A DNA stretch of 62,127 bases from an uncultured Actinomycetes bacterium (GCA_903838475.1 CAILYP010000218.1:1-62127), one strand, 5' to 3'. Shown: positions 11,890-22,348, numbered from the stretch's first letter. Numbers and translations: made by a program. The notes: generated by a model not told the origin, from the sequence alone.

Positions 11890-12642
11890 CTATTCGAGGC
11901 TCGCCATTACCTCATCAGATACATCAAAGTTAGCAAATACATTCTGAACGTCATCCAACTCCTCGATGACATCAATGAGGTTGAAAACCTTCTTCGCATT
12001 CTCGGCATCAAGGGGAACCGAAACGGATGGAAGGAAGGAACTATCTGCTGATTCATAGTCGATACCTGCACTTTGAAGAGCAGTACGAACCGCAACCAGG
12101 TCAGAGGATTCGCAAACCACTTGAAAATTATCACCAAAATCATTCACATCTTCTAAGCCAGCATCGAGTGCTGCTTCCATGATCTTATCTTCAGTAACTC
12201 CGCCATCTTTGGAAACCATGATCAGACCTTTGCGATTGAACATGTATGCAACCGATCCAGGATCAGCCATATTTCCACCGTTGCGGGTGACCGCGACGCG
12301 TACCTCTGACGCCGCGCGATTTCGATTATCTGAAAGACATTCGATCATTAGAGCGACTCCACCAGGTCCGTAGCCTTCGTACATAATAGTTACGTATTCT
12401 GCGCCGCCTGATTCAAGTCCAGCTCCACGCTTAATGGCACGATCGATATTGTCGGCCGGCACGGAATTCTTTTTCGCCTTCGTTACCGCATCATAAAGTG
12501 CGGGGTTACCTGAAAGATCGGCGCCACCAACACGCGCCGTTACTTCAATTGCTTTAATAAATTTAGCGAAGCTCTTTGCGCGACGCGAATCAAGAATTGC
12601 TTTCTTGTGCTTGATCGTCGCCCATTTGGAATGGCCTGACAT
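11890..12642 (-). CDS. YebC/PmpR family DNA-binding transcriptional regulator
   Basis: [15 protein letters not shown]... is the invariant YebC N-terminus. 250 aa. Confidence 0.93.
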   Translation of the reverse strand: MSGHSKWATIKHKKAILDSRRAKSFAKFIKAIEVTARVGGADLSGNPALYDAVTKAKKNSVPADNIDRAIKRGAGLESGGAEYVTIMYEGYGPGGVALMIECLSDNRNRAASEVRVAVTRNGGNMADPGSVAYMFNRKGLIMVSKDGGVTEDKIMEAALDAGLEDVNDFGDNFQVVCESSDLVAVRTALQSAGIDYESADSSFLPSVSVPLDAENAKKVFNLIDVIEELDDVQNVFANFDVSDEVMASLE

Positions 12643-12665
12643 GCTTATCTACCCCAGTCCTACTT

Positions 12666-13253
12666 TTATGAGTTATTACAGATTTCAGTAACAAAGTATC
12701 TATGAACCCTGTTATCTCCTGTCAATTCAGGATGAAATGATGTCGCAAGAACCTGCTTTTGTCTCACTGCGACAGGGTGCGAAACGCCCGCTATTTCTAC
12801 TGAAGCCAGAATCTCTACGCCTTCATTAGCCGCTTCTACCCATGGAGCTCGAATAAAGACCGCATGCACTGGGCCAATTCCAGCAAAGTGCACATCAGAT
12901 TCAAAAGAATCTACCTGACGTCCAAAAGCATTGCGGCGAACTTTCACATCCAATCCACCAAAAGTTTCTTGCCCCTTGGCGCCATCCACCAAATTATTTG
13001 CCAACAAAATCATTCCAGCGCAGGATCCATAAACTGGTAAGCCGTCTTTAATTCTTCCGGCAATTAAGTCGAAGAGATCAAAACTCCTAGCAAGCTTTGC
13101 AATCGTAGTTGACTCACCACCAGGCAGAATCAATCCATCAACGGATTTGATTTCTGCTGCCGTCTTAACCGCAAGAGCCTCTACGCCACAATCGTGGAGT
13201 GCGGCAATGTGTTCGCGAACATCGCCTTGGAGCGCTAAAACTCCTAACTTCAC
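12666..13253 (-). CDS. pdxT: pyridoxal 5'-phosphate synthase glutaminase subunit PdxT
   Basis: VKLGVLALQGDVREH... class I glutamine amidotransferase (GSCAGMILL, FHPE). Start trimmed to GTG 13253 because the track start at 13331 would overlap pdxS by 70 nt. Confidence 0.88.
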   Translation of the reverse strand: MKLGVLALQGDVREHIAALHDCGVEALAVKTAAEIKSVDGLILPGGESTTIAKLARSFDLFDLIAGRIKDGLPVYGSCAGMILLANNLVDGAKGQETFGGLDVKVRRNAFGRQVDSFESDVHFAGIGPVHAVFIRAPWVEAANEGVEILASVEIAGVSHPVAVRQKQVLATSFHPELTGDNRVHRYFVTEICNNS

Positions 13254-13260
13254 AGATTTA

Positions 13261-14169
13261 TTACCAGCCGCGCTCTGCCAAACGATGTGGAACTGGAATA
13301 TCTGCCACGTTAATGCCAACCATTGCTTCACCTAAGCCGCGTGAAACATCAGCAATAACTTTTGCATCCGTGTAGTAAGTAACGGCTTTCACACAGGCAG
13401 CAGCACGTTGGGCTGGATTGCCTGATTTGAAAATTCCTGAACCAATAAATACGCCATCTGCGCCAAGCTGCATCATCATGGCTGCATCTGCGGGAGTTGC
13501 CACGCCGCCGGCAGTGAATAGCACAACTGGGAGTTTGCCCTCGCGAGCAACTTCGCATACAAGATCGTAAGGTGCTTGAAGTTCTTTAGCCGCTACGTAC
13601 AACTCATCTTCGCGTAGTGATGAGAGTCGTCGAATCTCCTGATTGATTTTGCGCATATGCGTTGTGGCGTTTGAAACATCGCCTGTTCCCGCTTCGCCTT
13701 TAGAGCGAATCATTGCTGCACCTTCATTAATGCGACGAAGTGCTTCTCCGAGATTTGTAGCACCACACACAAACGGAATCGTGAAATTCCACTTATCAAT
13801 ATGATTTTCATAATCAGCAGGTGTTAAAACCTCTGACTCATCGATGTAGTCAACACCGAGACTTTCTAAAACTTGTGCCTCAACAAAGTGTCCAATGCGT
13901 GCTTTAGCCATAACTGGGATCGATACCGCAGCTTGGATTGCTTCAATCATGTCTGGGTCTGACATGCGAGCTACTCCACCTTGTGCGCGAATATCTGCAG
14001 GAACTCGCTCCAGCGCCATTACAGCAACTGCGCCTGAATCTTCAGCAATCTTTGCTTGCTCAACGTTAACGACATCCATGATGACGCCGCCCTTAAGCAT
14101 CTCAGCCATGCCTCGCTTCACGCGCGCAGTACCGACCTGCTTATTACCGTTGTTTAGCTCGTTGCTCAT
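13261..14169 (-). CDS. pdxS: pyridoxal 5'-phosphate synthase lyase subunit PdxS
   Basis: 302-aa ORF with [38 protein letters not shown], the highly conserved PdxS core. Confidence 0.95.
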   Translation of the reverse strand: MSNELNNGNKQVGTARVKRGMAEMLKGGVIMDVVNVEQAKIAEDSGAVAVMALERVPADIRAQGGVARMSDPDMIEAIQAAVSIPVMAKARIGHFVEAQVLESLGVDYIDESEVLTPADYENHIDKWNFTIPFVCGATNLGEALRRINEGAAMIRSKGEAGTGDVSNATTHMRKINQEIRRLSSLREDELYVAAKELQAPYDLVCEVAREGKLPVVLFTAGGVATPADAAMMMQLGADGVFIGSGIFKSGNPAQRAAACVKAVTYYTDAKVIADVSRGLGEAMVGINVADIPVPHRLAERGW

Positions 14170-14188
14170 TCTTCCCCCATGCTCGGCT

Positions 14189-14230
14189 TACTGGTTCTAC
14201 TGGTTCTACTGGTTTTACTGGACCTACTAG
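14189..14230. repeat. 9-bp tandem repeat, about 4.7 copies (TACTGGTTC/TACTGGTTC/TACTGGTTT/TACTGGACC/TACTAG)
   Basis: Read directly in the 71-nt spacer between the DUF3048 stop (14241) and the pdxS start (14169). The transcribed strand reads CCAGTAG/CCAGTAA every 9 nt. Confidence 0.95.
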
Positions 14231-14240
14231 ATACACAATC

Positions 14241-15278
14241 TTACTTGGAGTTAGTGGGTCCTGGTGTCGCCGTTTTGACCTCCGGATATGTGAAAACGGG
14301 CTCATTATCCGTCAGGGCTATCCATATTTGACCCGCAGCAAAATTAGCTGAAGAGCCATCTTTGAGGGTCCAGGTAGTTGGCGACTGCGCCGTTTCTCGA
14401 TTCCAGAAAATAGGAAACATTTGCCCATCACGCAGCAGATAGGCGCTACCAGAACCGACGGTGTTGCTAAATGGAGTTACTCCCCCGGCTTTATCGTGAT
14501 ATTCAGAGGGTGTAATCATCACTTTTTGAATGATGAGTGTGGGAGATCCAAGTTGCGAACCGTCAGCAGCAAGATCGGGTGAGCCTTGATAAGCAATCAA
14601 CCATCTTTTTTCAGAAGCCGACCATGTGGCCGAATAACGAGATGCTGGCCACTTAAAGGCGACAGACGAGATTGCAGTTCCACCAACTGGAAGTGGTCCA
14701 AATTTCCAACCAACTGATTTCACAATGTCTATGTTCTTACCTTCGCTCTTTGCTTTATCAAGCAGAAGTTGCGGGTGAAGAATGAGGTTTGTTGGTGCGT
14801 TACGGGTTTGATCTCGTGAATACATCGTTGCTGGCTCTCGCTCAGCTCCTAAATTTTCTAAGTTTGCTGAATTGATAACTGGAAATAATTTTGTCTGTGC
14901 ACCACTAAAGGCAAATGCAACGTGCCCGTACTGCGCCAAAATATCCATATCACTGATTCGCGCACTTCGTACCGGACCAATAAGTGCAGGTAACCGCTCG
15001 GGTGTGGAAAAAATCGTGGCTAGTCGGGTGAGACCACCTTCAACTTGTTCGATATAGATAACATCTGCACTCTCCAGACCAATTTGTGGATGCGCTTGTG
15101 ACGTGTCATCTATTTTTACTGCTAATACTGGACCGTTGCTTCCCTCAAGGCCAGTGAGGATATTTTTCTCAACCACCTTTCCGGTCACACTCTTCACGAC
15201 GCTAGTCACTGATGTACAACCAGCAAGACTGGTTATCACTACAGCAATTGAAGCAACTCCTAAAATAAACTTCTTCAT
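14241..15278 (-). CDS. DUF3048 domain-containing lipoprotein
   Basis: Lipoprotein signal peptide with lipobox (VITSLAGC). GPVLAVKIDDTSQAHPQIGLESADVIYIEQVEGGLTRL matches the DUF3048/YerB-type core. Confidence 0.8.
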   Translation of the reverse strand: MKKFILGVASIAVVITSLAGCTSVTSVVKSVTGKVVEKNILTGLEGSNGPVLAVKIDDTSQAHPQIGLESADVIYIEQVEGGLTRLATIFSTPERLPALIGPVRSARISDMDILAQYGHVAFAFSGAQTKLFPVINSANLENLGAEREPATMYSRDQTRNAPTNLILHPQLLLDKAKSEGKNIDIVKSVGWKFGPLPVGGTAISSVAFKWPASRYSATWSASEKRWLIAYQGSPDLAADGSQLGSPTLIIQKVMITPSEYHDKAGGVTPFSNTVGSGSAYLLRDGQMFPIFWNRETAQSPTTWTLKDGSSANFAAGQIWIALTDNEPVFTYPEVKTATPGPTNSK

Positions 15279-15785
15279 TTACAATTCATCATCCTCAAAG
15301 TGATACTTCTCTGGCCACTTTGCCCGTCCGGCAAGATGGAAAATACGGAAAACTAATTTGTTACGCAGGTTGCGTACTGCGCTGATTGCTTCAAGGTGAA
15401 TGCTGATAGCTGTTCGAATCTTATCGGTCAATGCAACAAGTTCATCTATCAGAGAAACTTTTATAGTTAACTCTCCATTAATCGCACTTTGGTGAAGAAA
15501 CTTAAGTGATTCAGAGAGAGAAGTCTCGGCATCCTCTCGATCGCCAATATTTGCTTCACGACTCTGGTAAGCCGAGGAAGTTAAAATCATCTCCGTAGCC
15601 GCATCGATATCTGAATGGCGAGCAATCTCTAGCGCCAGCGCCGCCCGCCGCTGAAGCAGCGCATCTAAATGCTCCCAACTAGTCTCGACTCGATGGTGAC
15701 ATCGATCAAGGCGGGTAGCCGAAAACGATAAGTACCAAGCAAGAATAAGCGTAATGAGAATGACGGTAAGAACACTATTACTCAT
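15279..15785 (-). CDS. LemA-like membrane-anchored protein
   Basis: N-terminal TM segment (VLTVILITLILAWYL) followed by RLDRCHHRVETSWEHLDALLQRRAALALEI, which resembles the LemA helix pattern. Abuts the DUF3048 start with no spacer. Confidence 0.55.
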   Translation of the reverse strand: MSNSVLTVILITLILAWYLSFSATRLDRCHHRVETSWEHLDALLQRRAALALEIARHSDIDAATEMILTSSAYQSREANIGDREDAETSLSESLKFLHQSAINGELTIKVSLIDELVALTDKIRTAISIHLEAISAVRNLRNKLVFRIFHLAGRAKWPEKYHFEDDEL

Positions 15786-16950
15786 TTTTCAACCTTTTCC
15801 ATCCGCGATTTTCTGAGGCCAGAGTAACGCCCGTACCACCAGCTATCGCTACTTCGTACACATCTAAAATTTGAGAAGCAACAGTCTCCCAATCAAAAGT
15901 CATGACATGTGCTAACCCACGTTCAATTACCTCTAAACGTTTTGCCTTATTTTCCAAAAGTTCAATTGTCACGCGCGCCAAGTCTGAAGAAGATTCATTT
16001 TTAAAAAGTGAGCCAAATTCTCCGCCTTCCAATAAATCATAAAATGCTTGAATATCACTTGCGATAATCGGCACTCCCCCAGCCATTGCCTCTGCCAAAA
16101 TTATTCCAAAGGACTCGCCGCGAATATTAGGTGCAATATATGCATCAATAGATTTAAAGAAATCTGCTTTCTGCGATTCAGATAGGCGACCTAAAAATCG
16201 AATTCTTTTGCGAAGAATTGGGTCAAGTGCTTTAAGAACGTTCTCTTCTTCTCCGGGACCAGCTATAAGAAGTTCTACATCAGGAATCGCACGCACGATT
16301 TCAGGAAGAGCCGCCAATAGAACTGATAAACCTTTTCTAGGCTCATCAAAACGCCCAAGAAAACCAAGAGTATTGGGACGATACCAATCGTCATTTCTTT
16401 GGCCATGTGAGTATTTGCGGGTATCAATTCCATTTGGGATTACTACTGCCTCTGTTTCAAAGTGGACCTTCAGAGTTTCGCGAGCCATCTCGCTCACCGC
16501 GATGCGCGCGCTTAATTTCTCAAGTACCGGCTCCAGGATCGGCCCAATTGCATATATCGCTTTCTGCTTTGGCGCTGAGGCATGGAAAGTTGCCACCATC
16601 GGGCCGTCAGCTGCAACACACGCTAGTAATGAGAGTGAAGGAATTGCAGGTTCATGAATGTGAAGCAAATCAAAATCTCCGGTAGAAATCCATTGGCGCA
16701 CTCGAGAGGTTGCAATTGGTCCAAACAAAATTCTGGCGACCGCGCCATTAAATGGGATAGGAACTGGGCGACCAGCAGGTACCAACCAAGGCTCAGTGAT
16801 TGTATTCTCATCACTTACCGGTGCGAGCAACGAAACTTCATGCCCCTGCGTGATGAAATACTCGGCAAGATCTTTCATGTGTATTTGAACACCGCCCGGG
16901 GTATCCCATCCGTAAGGGCAGACCATTCCAATTTTCAATTTTTGATTCAT
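15778..16950 (-). CDS. pimA: GT4 glycosyltransferase, phosphatidylinositol alpha-mannosyltransferase-like
   Basis: 390-aa GT-B fold with the acidic motif GESFGIILAEAMAGG. Sits in the conserved thrS-HIT-pgsA-acyltransferase-pimA cluster (M. tuberculosis Rv2610c-Rv2614c order). Confidence 0.85.
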   Translation of the reverse strand: MNQKLKIGMVCPYGWDTPGGVQIHMKDLAEYFITQGHEVSLLAPVSDENTITEPWLVPAGRPVPIPFNGAVARILFGPIATSRVRQWISTGDFDLLHIHEPAIPSLSLLACVAADGPMVATFHASAPKQKAIYAIGPILEPVLEKLSARIAVSEMARETLKVHFETEAVVIPNGIDTRKYSHGQRNDDWYRPNTLGFLGRFDEPRKGLSVLLAALPEIVRAIPDVELLIAGPGEEENVLKALDPILRKRIRFLGRLSESQKADFFKSIDAYIAPNIRGESFGIILAEAMAGGVPIIASDIQAFYDLLEGGEFGSLFKNESSSDLARVTIELLENKAKRLEVIERGLAHVMTFDWETVASQILDVYEVAIAGGTGVTLASENRGWKRLKNE

Positions 16951-17858
16951 GCGCGTTTAGGTTGCTCTACTCGATCAACATGCTCTTTAAAATCCCCATC
17001 TATCCAGATGCGTTGAAGCATGTGCCAGTCAACGGTCCGTTCACTGATGTGCCGAGCAAAGCGATCTGCGCTTTCTTGGATCATCACAGCACATTTCTCG
17101 GATTGAGTTCCTTGCGTGGGAATCTCAATTGGTTTTTGAAAAACGATACGAATTTTTCCTGGCTCATAGGAGACAAAAGCAGTGATGAGAGGTGCGCCAG
17201 TCTGAATCGAAAGGATGGCTGGCCCAATGGGCATTCTCGATGGGAAGCCAAAGAAATCTACATTGACGCCAGATTTTGAAAGATCCCGATCTGCTACTAA
17301 CGCAACTAAACCGCCAGCTCTTAATCTTTGCGAGAGCGTTGCAAGGGAGCGCGCACTTGCATCCAACACTTCCATGCCCACTGCTTCGCGGTAGGAAAGA
17401 AATTTACGAAAAAGTTTCTCTGGCTCTAGGTGCTCCGCAACAGTCACTACTTTGTACCCTAAAGCACAAAAATAGGCTCCGGCATGATCCCAGTTTCCAG
17501 CATGGGGCAGAGAAACAATGCAGCCCTTCCCTTCGTCAACGGGATCTGTTAAGTAATGTGCGTTCTCGGTGATGACATCGGCTTTGATTTTTTCAGTACT
17601 CCACGACGGCAAACGAAAAGTGTCGCACCAGTAGCGCAGGTATGAACGCATGCCTTCGTGGACTAAGTTCTCTAAATCCGATGAACTAAGTTCTGGATGA
17701 ACACGTGCATAATTGGAACGCAATCGCCCAATCTGTTTACCATTGCGCTTGTAAATTTGATCGGCCGCAAGTTGAGCTAATGCATACGCCATTTTTTCTG
17801 GCATGTAGCGCACAAGAAACCATGCTGTTGCATATGCCCAATACGTGATGAGCTTCAT
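16947..17858 (-). CDS. phosphatidylinositol mannoside acyltransferase (LpxL/HtrB-family lipid acyltransferase)
   Basis: Family and position between pgsA and pimA. Start trimmed to ATG 17858 (MKLITYWAYATAWFLVRYMPEK...), which forms an ATGA overlap with the pgsA stop. Confidence 0.8.
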   Translation of the reverse strand: MKLITYWAYATAWFLVRYMPEKMAYALAQLAADQIYKRNGKQIGRLRSNYARVHPELSSSDLENLVHEGMRSYLRYWCDTFRLPSWSTEKIKADVITENAHYLTDPVDEGKGCIVSLPHAGNWDHAGAYFCALGYKVVTVAEHLEPEKLFRKFLSYREAVGMEVLDASARSLATLSQRLRAGGLVALVADRDLSKSGVNVDFFGFPSRMPIGPAILSIQTGAPLITAFVSYEPGKIRIVFQKPIEIPTQGTQSEKCAVMIQESADRFARHISERTVDWHMLQRIWIDGDFKEHVDRVEQPKRA

Positions 17859-18457
17859 CGCGATCCCTTGTACACAATGATGAGTCGCTCGCCCACGGTA
17901 TAAATACTTATCAGGGCTAATATCCACATACCGATGGATAGCGCATAGGGAATGGCTAATCCAGTTAGGAAAAGTGATAAGAGCGCTATCACAAGCCTTT
18001 CGGTTCGCTCAGCGATACCTCCGTTGCATTCAATTCCAAGAGATTCTGCGCGAGCTTTAATGTATGAAACTAAACCGCCGGCGACTAATGCAGTTAGTAC
18101 AACTGGAACCAATCGATCATGTTGTTGTGCTAAGAAATATGCAAGGGACCCCAATATTGCTGCATCGGTGATCCGGTCAAGCGTTGAATCTAGAAGCGCT
18201 CCCCATTGCGATCCGGTCTTTGAAAGGCGAGCCATCGTTCCATCCAAGAGATCGCTAAGGACAAATAAGACCGTTATGACTGAACCAATAAGAAATCTGC
18301 CGGATGAAAAAAAATATATTGCCGAGACTCCAGAGCCTAGGGCTCCGAAAGCGCTCATTGCATTTGCGCTGATTCCAAGTCGAAGCAACCCTCGACAGAC
18401 CGGAGTAATTATCCGCGTGACAGGCACTCGTAACGACTTCTGCAGCATCAGTCTCAT
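17855..18457 (-). CDS. pgsA: CDP-alcohol phosphatidyltransferase (phosphatidylinositol phosphate synthase-like)
   Basis: CDP-alcohol motif DLLDGTMAR...LDSTLDRITD in a multi-TM protein. Start trimmed to ATG 18457 (MRLMLQK...). The 90 codons upstream look non-protein-like. Confidence 0.85.
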   Translation of the reverse strand: MRLMLQKSLRVPVTRIITPVCRGLLRLGISANAMSAFGALGSGVSAIYFFSSGRFLIGSVITVLFVLSDLLDGTMARLSKTGSQWGALLDSTLDRITDAAILGSLAYFLAQQHDRLVPVVLTALVAGGLVSYIKARAESLGIECNGGIAERTERLVIALLSLFLTGLAIPYALSIGMWILALISIYTVGERLIIVYKGSR

Positions 18458-18473
18458 CGTAGGCTTTGTCCCT

Positions 18474-19040
18474 GTGAGAGACCTAATTTCCGTAGCGATT
18501 ATAGGCAAGTCGGCCGATGATTTGGCGCGCTCATTGGGGATTTCAGCCCACTCATTGGAAGGGGCTGATCTCGCGCTCTTTATCGTCAGCGCTAGCGATG
18601 GCATTGTTCGGGCCGATATCGAACGCTGGAATGAAGCGCGGGAAATGTACATCCCATCCATCGTCGTGATTTCTGAAACTGATAACGCTGATTTAGATTT
18701 CGATGACATGACTGCGATTGCGTCCAAAATGCTGGACCCGGTGGTGGCGAAATATTTAGTACTTCATTCAGATGATGGCAAACCTTCTGCGCTCATCAAC
18801 CTCGAGACTTTAATGATTCTTGATTACTCGCATGGCGCGCCACAATTAATTGAAAGTGATGCCGAACATAAGGAACTGGTTGCCGATTATGTTATCGAGT
18901 ATCAGGAAAAAATTGATGAAGCCGGCGAGGACGGTTTTCTTCAAGGGCTTCTTTTCCCAGCGCTTCCGTGGCTCAGTGATTCCAGATTAGGACTTGATCA
19001 GATTCAAGAATTAATCGACCAGATTCCAACCATTCGCTAA
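18474..19040 (+). CDS. EF-G/EF-G2-like GTPase-domain remnant protein (degenerate G motifs), start uncertain
   Basis: The C-terminal ~190 codons of track ORF 17952..19040 align by eye to the G and G' region of actinobacterial EF-G-like proteins (ADLALFIVSASDGIVRADIERWNEAREMYIPSIVVISETDNADLDFDD). The upstream part of the ORF is antisense to pgsA and was discarded. GTG 18474 is the first plausible start. Confidence 0.5.
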   Translation: MRDLISVAIIGKSADDLARSLGISAHSLEGADLALFIVSASDGIVRADIERWNEAREMYIPSIVVISETDNADLDFDDMTAIASKMLDPVVAKYLVLHSDDGKPSALINLETLMILDYSHGAPQLIESDAEHKELVADYVIEYQEKIDEAGEDGFLQGLLFPALPWLSDSRLGLDQIQELIDQIPTIR

Positions 19041-19550
19041 AGCAGCGCGAGTTTCTTGCAGTAGCTGTGGCAACACTTTTGTTTGTCCAATGATTGGCAT
19101 AAAATTAGCGTCACCTGCCCAACGTGGAACGACATGCTGATGAATATGCGCAACAACACCAGCACCAGATACTGCGCCTTGATTCATCCCAAGATTAAAA
19201 CCATTGGCTCCCGAAACCTTTCGAAGTACTTTCATGGAATGGGAGGTGAGTTCAAAAATTTCGTTTCGCTCCGTATCACTAAGGTCAGTTAAATCTGCAA
19301 CATGACGGTAAGCACAAATCAGCAGGTGCCCTGCGTTGTAAGGATAAAGATTCATGACAACGTACGCTTCTTTGCCGCGCGCAACAATTAATCCATCTTC
19401 ATCACTTAACGCCGGCACCGCACAAAAAGGGCATACAACATCATTTCCGGGAAGCGGACGATTTTCCCCCGACAGATAACTCATCCGATGAGGCGCCCAC
19501 AATCGTGACCAACCATCTGGCATTCCTGCTCCGCCAGTCAGCTCGCTCAT
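19011..19550 (-). CDS. HIT family protein (Ap4A phosphorylase / GalT-like branch)
   Basis: Histidine triad AHIHQHVVPRW. Conserved position next to thrS (Rv2613c-like). Confidence 0.85.
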   Translation of the reverse strand: MSELTGGAGMPDGWSRLWAPHRMSYLSGENRPLPGNDVVCPFCAVPALSDEDGLIVARGKEAYVVMNLYPYNAGHLLICAYRHVADLTDLSDTERNEIFELTSHSMKVLRKVSGANGFNLGMNQGAVSGAGVVAHIHQHVVPRWAGDANFMPIIGQTKVLPQLLQETRAALANGWNLVD

Positions 19551-19552
19551 AA

Positions 19553-21541
19553 TTAAATCTGCTTGCGATCTTTAATGCAGGTAAGGACTTCGGTGATTGC
19601 ATCACTCACTGAAATACCATTTTTCTGTTCACCGTTGCGATATCTAAACGAAACAGTGTTTGCCGCCTGATCTTCTTCTCCGGCAATTAACATGAACGGT
19701 ATTTTTTCCAATTGAGCATTACGAATTTTCTTCTGCATACGCTCGTCAGCCGCATCTACATCCACACGAATGCCTGCTTTACGCATCTCTGCGGTGATCT
19801 CCTGTAAATAAGGGAGAAAAGCATCTGCGACCGGAATAGCGCGAACTTGAACAGGGGCAAGCCATGGAGGGAAAGCTCCGGCGTAATGCTCGGTCAGTAC
19901 TCCAAAGAATCTTTCAATTGAGCCAAAAAGTGCACGGTGAATCATCACCGGTTGTTGGCGTGTTCCATCGCTGGACTGATATTCCAAATCAAAGCGCTGA
20001 GGTAATTGGAAATCTACTTGGATAGTGGACATTTGCCACGTTCGCCCAATCGCATCTTTGGCTTGAACAGAAATCTTAGGTCCATAAAACGCAGCGCCCT
20101 CTGGGTCTAATACCAACTCAAGATTTTGTTTGGTTGCAGCTTGGCGAAGCGCTTCGGTCGCCTCTTCCCAATCCTTATCTTCGCCCACCGATTTTGCAGG
20201 GTTGCGGGTTGAAAGTTCAAGGTAAAAATCTTCAAGCCCATAATCGCGAAGTAAATTCAATACAAAAGTAAGAAGTGAATCAAGTTCACCTGCCATCTGC
20301 TCTCTTGTGCAATAAATGTGAGCATCGTCCTGAGTGAATCCACGTGCGCGAGTGAGGCCATGAATGACGCCAGATTTTTCGTATCGATAAACCGTTCCAA
20401 ATTCAAAAAGCCGAATTGGTAGCTGTCTATAGGAGCGACTGCTAGATTTATAAATTAAATTATGGAATGGGCAATTCATTGGCTTCATGTAGTACTTCTG
20501 GCCAACTTTTTTAATTGTTCCATCGTCATGAAGTTCTTCATCCATAATCATTGGTGGATACATGCCTTCGGAATACCAATCAAGATGGCCCGAAGTTTCA
20601 AAAAGGGTTGATTTAGTTAGGTGCGGTGAGTAAACAAACTCATATCCTTCTTCTTCGTGGCGACGCCTTGAGTAATCTTCCATCGCGCGCCGGATGATTC
20701 CACCTTTGGGATGGAAGACAGCCAAACCGCTTCCGATCTCATCAGGAAATGAGAAGAGATCAAGTTCTGCTCCAAGGCGACGGTGATCACGTTTTTCAGC
20801 CTCTACCAAAAGTGCAAGATGCGCATCTAACTGTTCCTGAGTCGGCCACGCAGTGCCATAAATGCGCTGAAGCATCGGATTCTTTTCAGAACCACGCCAG
20901 TAAGCCGCCGCACTTCGCATGAGTTTGAATGCAGGAATTAATTTCGTTGATGGTAAGTGCGGACCTCGGCAGAGATCACTCCATACCGGCTGTCCATCTC
21001 GTCCAAGGTTGTCATAAATTGTGAGCTCAGCTCCGCCAACTTCAACGCTGGATTCATCATCACTGCCAGACTTAAGACCAATCAACTCGCACTTGTAAGG
21101 CTCATGCGCAAGTTCCTTGAGTGCATCCGCTTCGGTTGTAATGCGCCGGCGAAATCTTTGACCAGCCTTAACGATTTTGCGCATAGCAGATTCAAGTTTT
21201 TCGAAATCATCTGGAGTGAAGGGTCTCTCTGGATCAAAGTCATAATAGAAGCCATCAGTAATTGGAGGTCCAATACCAAGCTTGGTGCCTGGGAATACTT
21301 CTTGTACTGCTTGGGCCATCACGTGCGCCGTTGAGTGACGCAACACTGCTAATCCTTCAGGTGATGAAATTGAAAGAGATTCAACACGATCACCGCTCTT
21401 GAGCTCGGTCCATAAATCGCGAAGTTCGCCATTTATCTTGCAGACCACAATCTCTGGCGATTCGGCAAAAAGGTGGGTGGGGCGAGTCTCTGCATCAATG
21501 TCGCGAGAAGCACCATTAACAGTTACAGAGAATTGGGACAT
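19553..21541 (-). CDS. thrS: threonine--tRNA ligase
   Basis: 662-aa ORF with a TGS domain, an editing/second additional domain ([12 protein letters not shown]), a class II core and an anticodon-binding domain. Confidence 0.95.
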   Translation of the reverse strand: MSQFSVTVNGASRDIDAETRPTHLFAESPEIVVCKINGELRDLWTELKSGDRVESLSISSPEGLAVLRHSTAHVMAQAVQEVFPGTKLGIGPPITDGFYYDFDPERPFTPDDFEKLESAMRKIVKAGQRFRRRITTEADALKELAHEPYKCELIGLKSGSDDESSVEVGGAELTIYDNLGRDGQPVWSDLCRGPHLPSTKLIPAFKLMRSAAAYWRGSEKNPMLQRIYGTAWPTQEQLDAHLALLVEAEKRDHRRLGAELDLFSFPDEIGSGLAVFHPKGGIIRRAMEDYSRRRHEEEGYEFVYSPHLTKSTLFETSGHLDWYSEGMYPPMIMDEELHDDGTIKKVGQKYYMKPMNCPFHNLIYKSSSRSYRQLPIRLFEFGTVYRYEKSGVIHGLTRARGFTQDDAHIYCTREQMAGELDSLLTFVLNLLRDYGLEDFYLELSTRNPAKSVGEDKDWEEATEALRQAATKQNLELVLDPEGAAFYGPKISVQAKDAIGRTWQMSTIQVDFQLPQRFDLEYQSSDGTRQQPVMIHRALFGSIERFFGVLTEHYAGAFPPWLAPVQVRAIPVADAFLPYLQEITAEMRKAGIRVDVDAADERMQKKIRNAQLEKIPFMLIAGEEDQAANTVSFRYRNGEQKNGISVSDAITEVLTCIKDRKQI

Positions 21542-21553
21542 GGGTGAAATCTA

Positions 21554-22348
21554 TCAAGAATTAGGAGCCGAACGAGAGTTAATGAGGTAGTCAGCCCTTA
21601 ACTTTTCAGCCGCAGCTGATATTTGAAACTTTTGGAGTGATCCATCATCTGCGTGGAGCTCGGTCACAAGGTCGATTTCACGCAAACTTGAAAGAACATA
21701 TAGCCCGGTAGCACTTTTAATATCGGCAAGAGTCACAACCGATTCCTGAACATCCTTAAACCAATCTAAAAGAACACCACGGACTATTCCGGGCAGGCAA
21801 CCAGATTCAAGAGTGGGAGTAAGAAAGGTTCCTCGATTTTCAAGCAAAATATTGGCAAGGCCGGTTTCCACAACCTCACCTCTCTCATTGAGATAGAGAA
21901 GGTCATCACAACCTTGAGTTTGTGCCAGACGAAGTCCCAGACTTGCCTCGCCGTAGGAAAGAGATTTAAACCCGCTTAACTGCGATGAACTAAAACGGAT
22001 CTTCTGAGAAAGAAAAAGTTTTTGTGGGGCTAGTCGAAGCGGTGAATCCTCATGTGAAAGCAAGTAGTGTCCATTGGAAAAAAGTGTGATTCGAAATCTG
22101 CCGCGCTCAATTCCGGAAGTCCGTTCTAACAACTGTGACACTTGGGCCCGTAAGTCTTGAAAATCAATGAGTTCAAATCGAAGTTCTTTTGCCGAACGTG
22201 ACAGCCTGGCCATATGTCGATCTAGAAAAAAGAGCACACCTCGTTCACTCTTCAGCGTTTCAAAAAGTCCATCTCCGCGCAACCATGGATGATCAATGGC
22301 TGGAAGGTGGAAATCGCCTTCTGGGTGCGCTGAGTAATAGAAATTCAT
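21554..22348 (-). CDS. pabC: aminodeoxychorismate lyase-like class IV aminotransferase
   Basis: Class IV fold features (RGDGLFETLK, FFLDRHMARL). Start trimmed to ATG 22348, which forms an ATGA overlap with the preceding chorismate-binding enzyme. Confidence 0.7.
   Translation of the reverse strand: MNFYYSAHPEGDFHLPAIDHPWLRGDGLFETLKSERGVLFFLDRHMARLSRSAKELRFELIDFQDLRAQVSQLLERTSGIERGRFRITLFSNGHYLLSHEDSPLRLAPQKLFLSQKIRFSSSQLSGFKSLSYGEASLGLRLAQTQGCDDLLYLNERGEVVETGLANILLENRGTFLTPTLESGCLPGIVRGVLLDWFKDVQESVVTLADIKSATGLYVLSSLREIDLVTELHADDGSLQKFQISAAAEKLRADYLINSRSAPNS

Noticed and set aside
14189-14230. Possibility that the short tandem repeats (also at 29013, 35301 and 36375) are CRISPR arrays
   Set aside because: The units are 9-10 bp and directly adjacent, with no spacers. 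No cas genes are present and there are at most 5 copies. This does not fit a CRISPR array.
17952-18470. The first ~170 codons of the 362-aa plus-strand ORF 17952..19040
   Set aside because: This part runs exactly antisense to the well-supported pgsA gene. Its translation is Arg/Ser/Pro-rich with no recognisable fold. Only the part downstream of the pgsA start looks protein-like, so I treated the upstream part as a shadow ORF.
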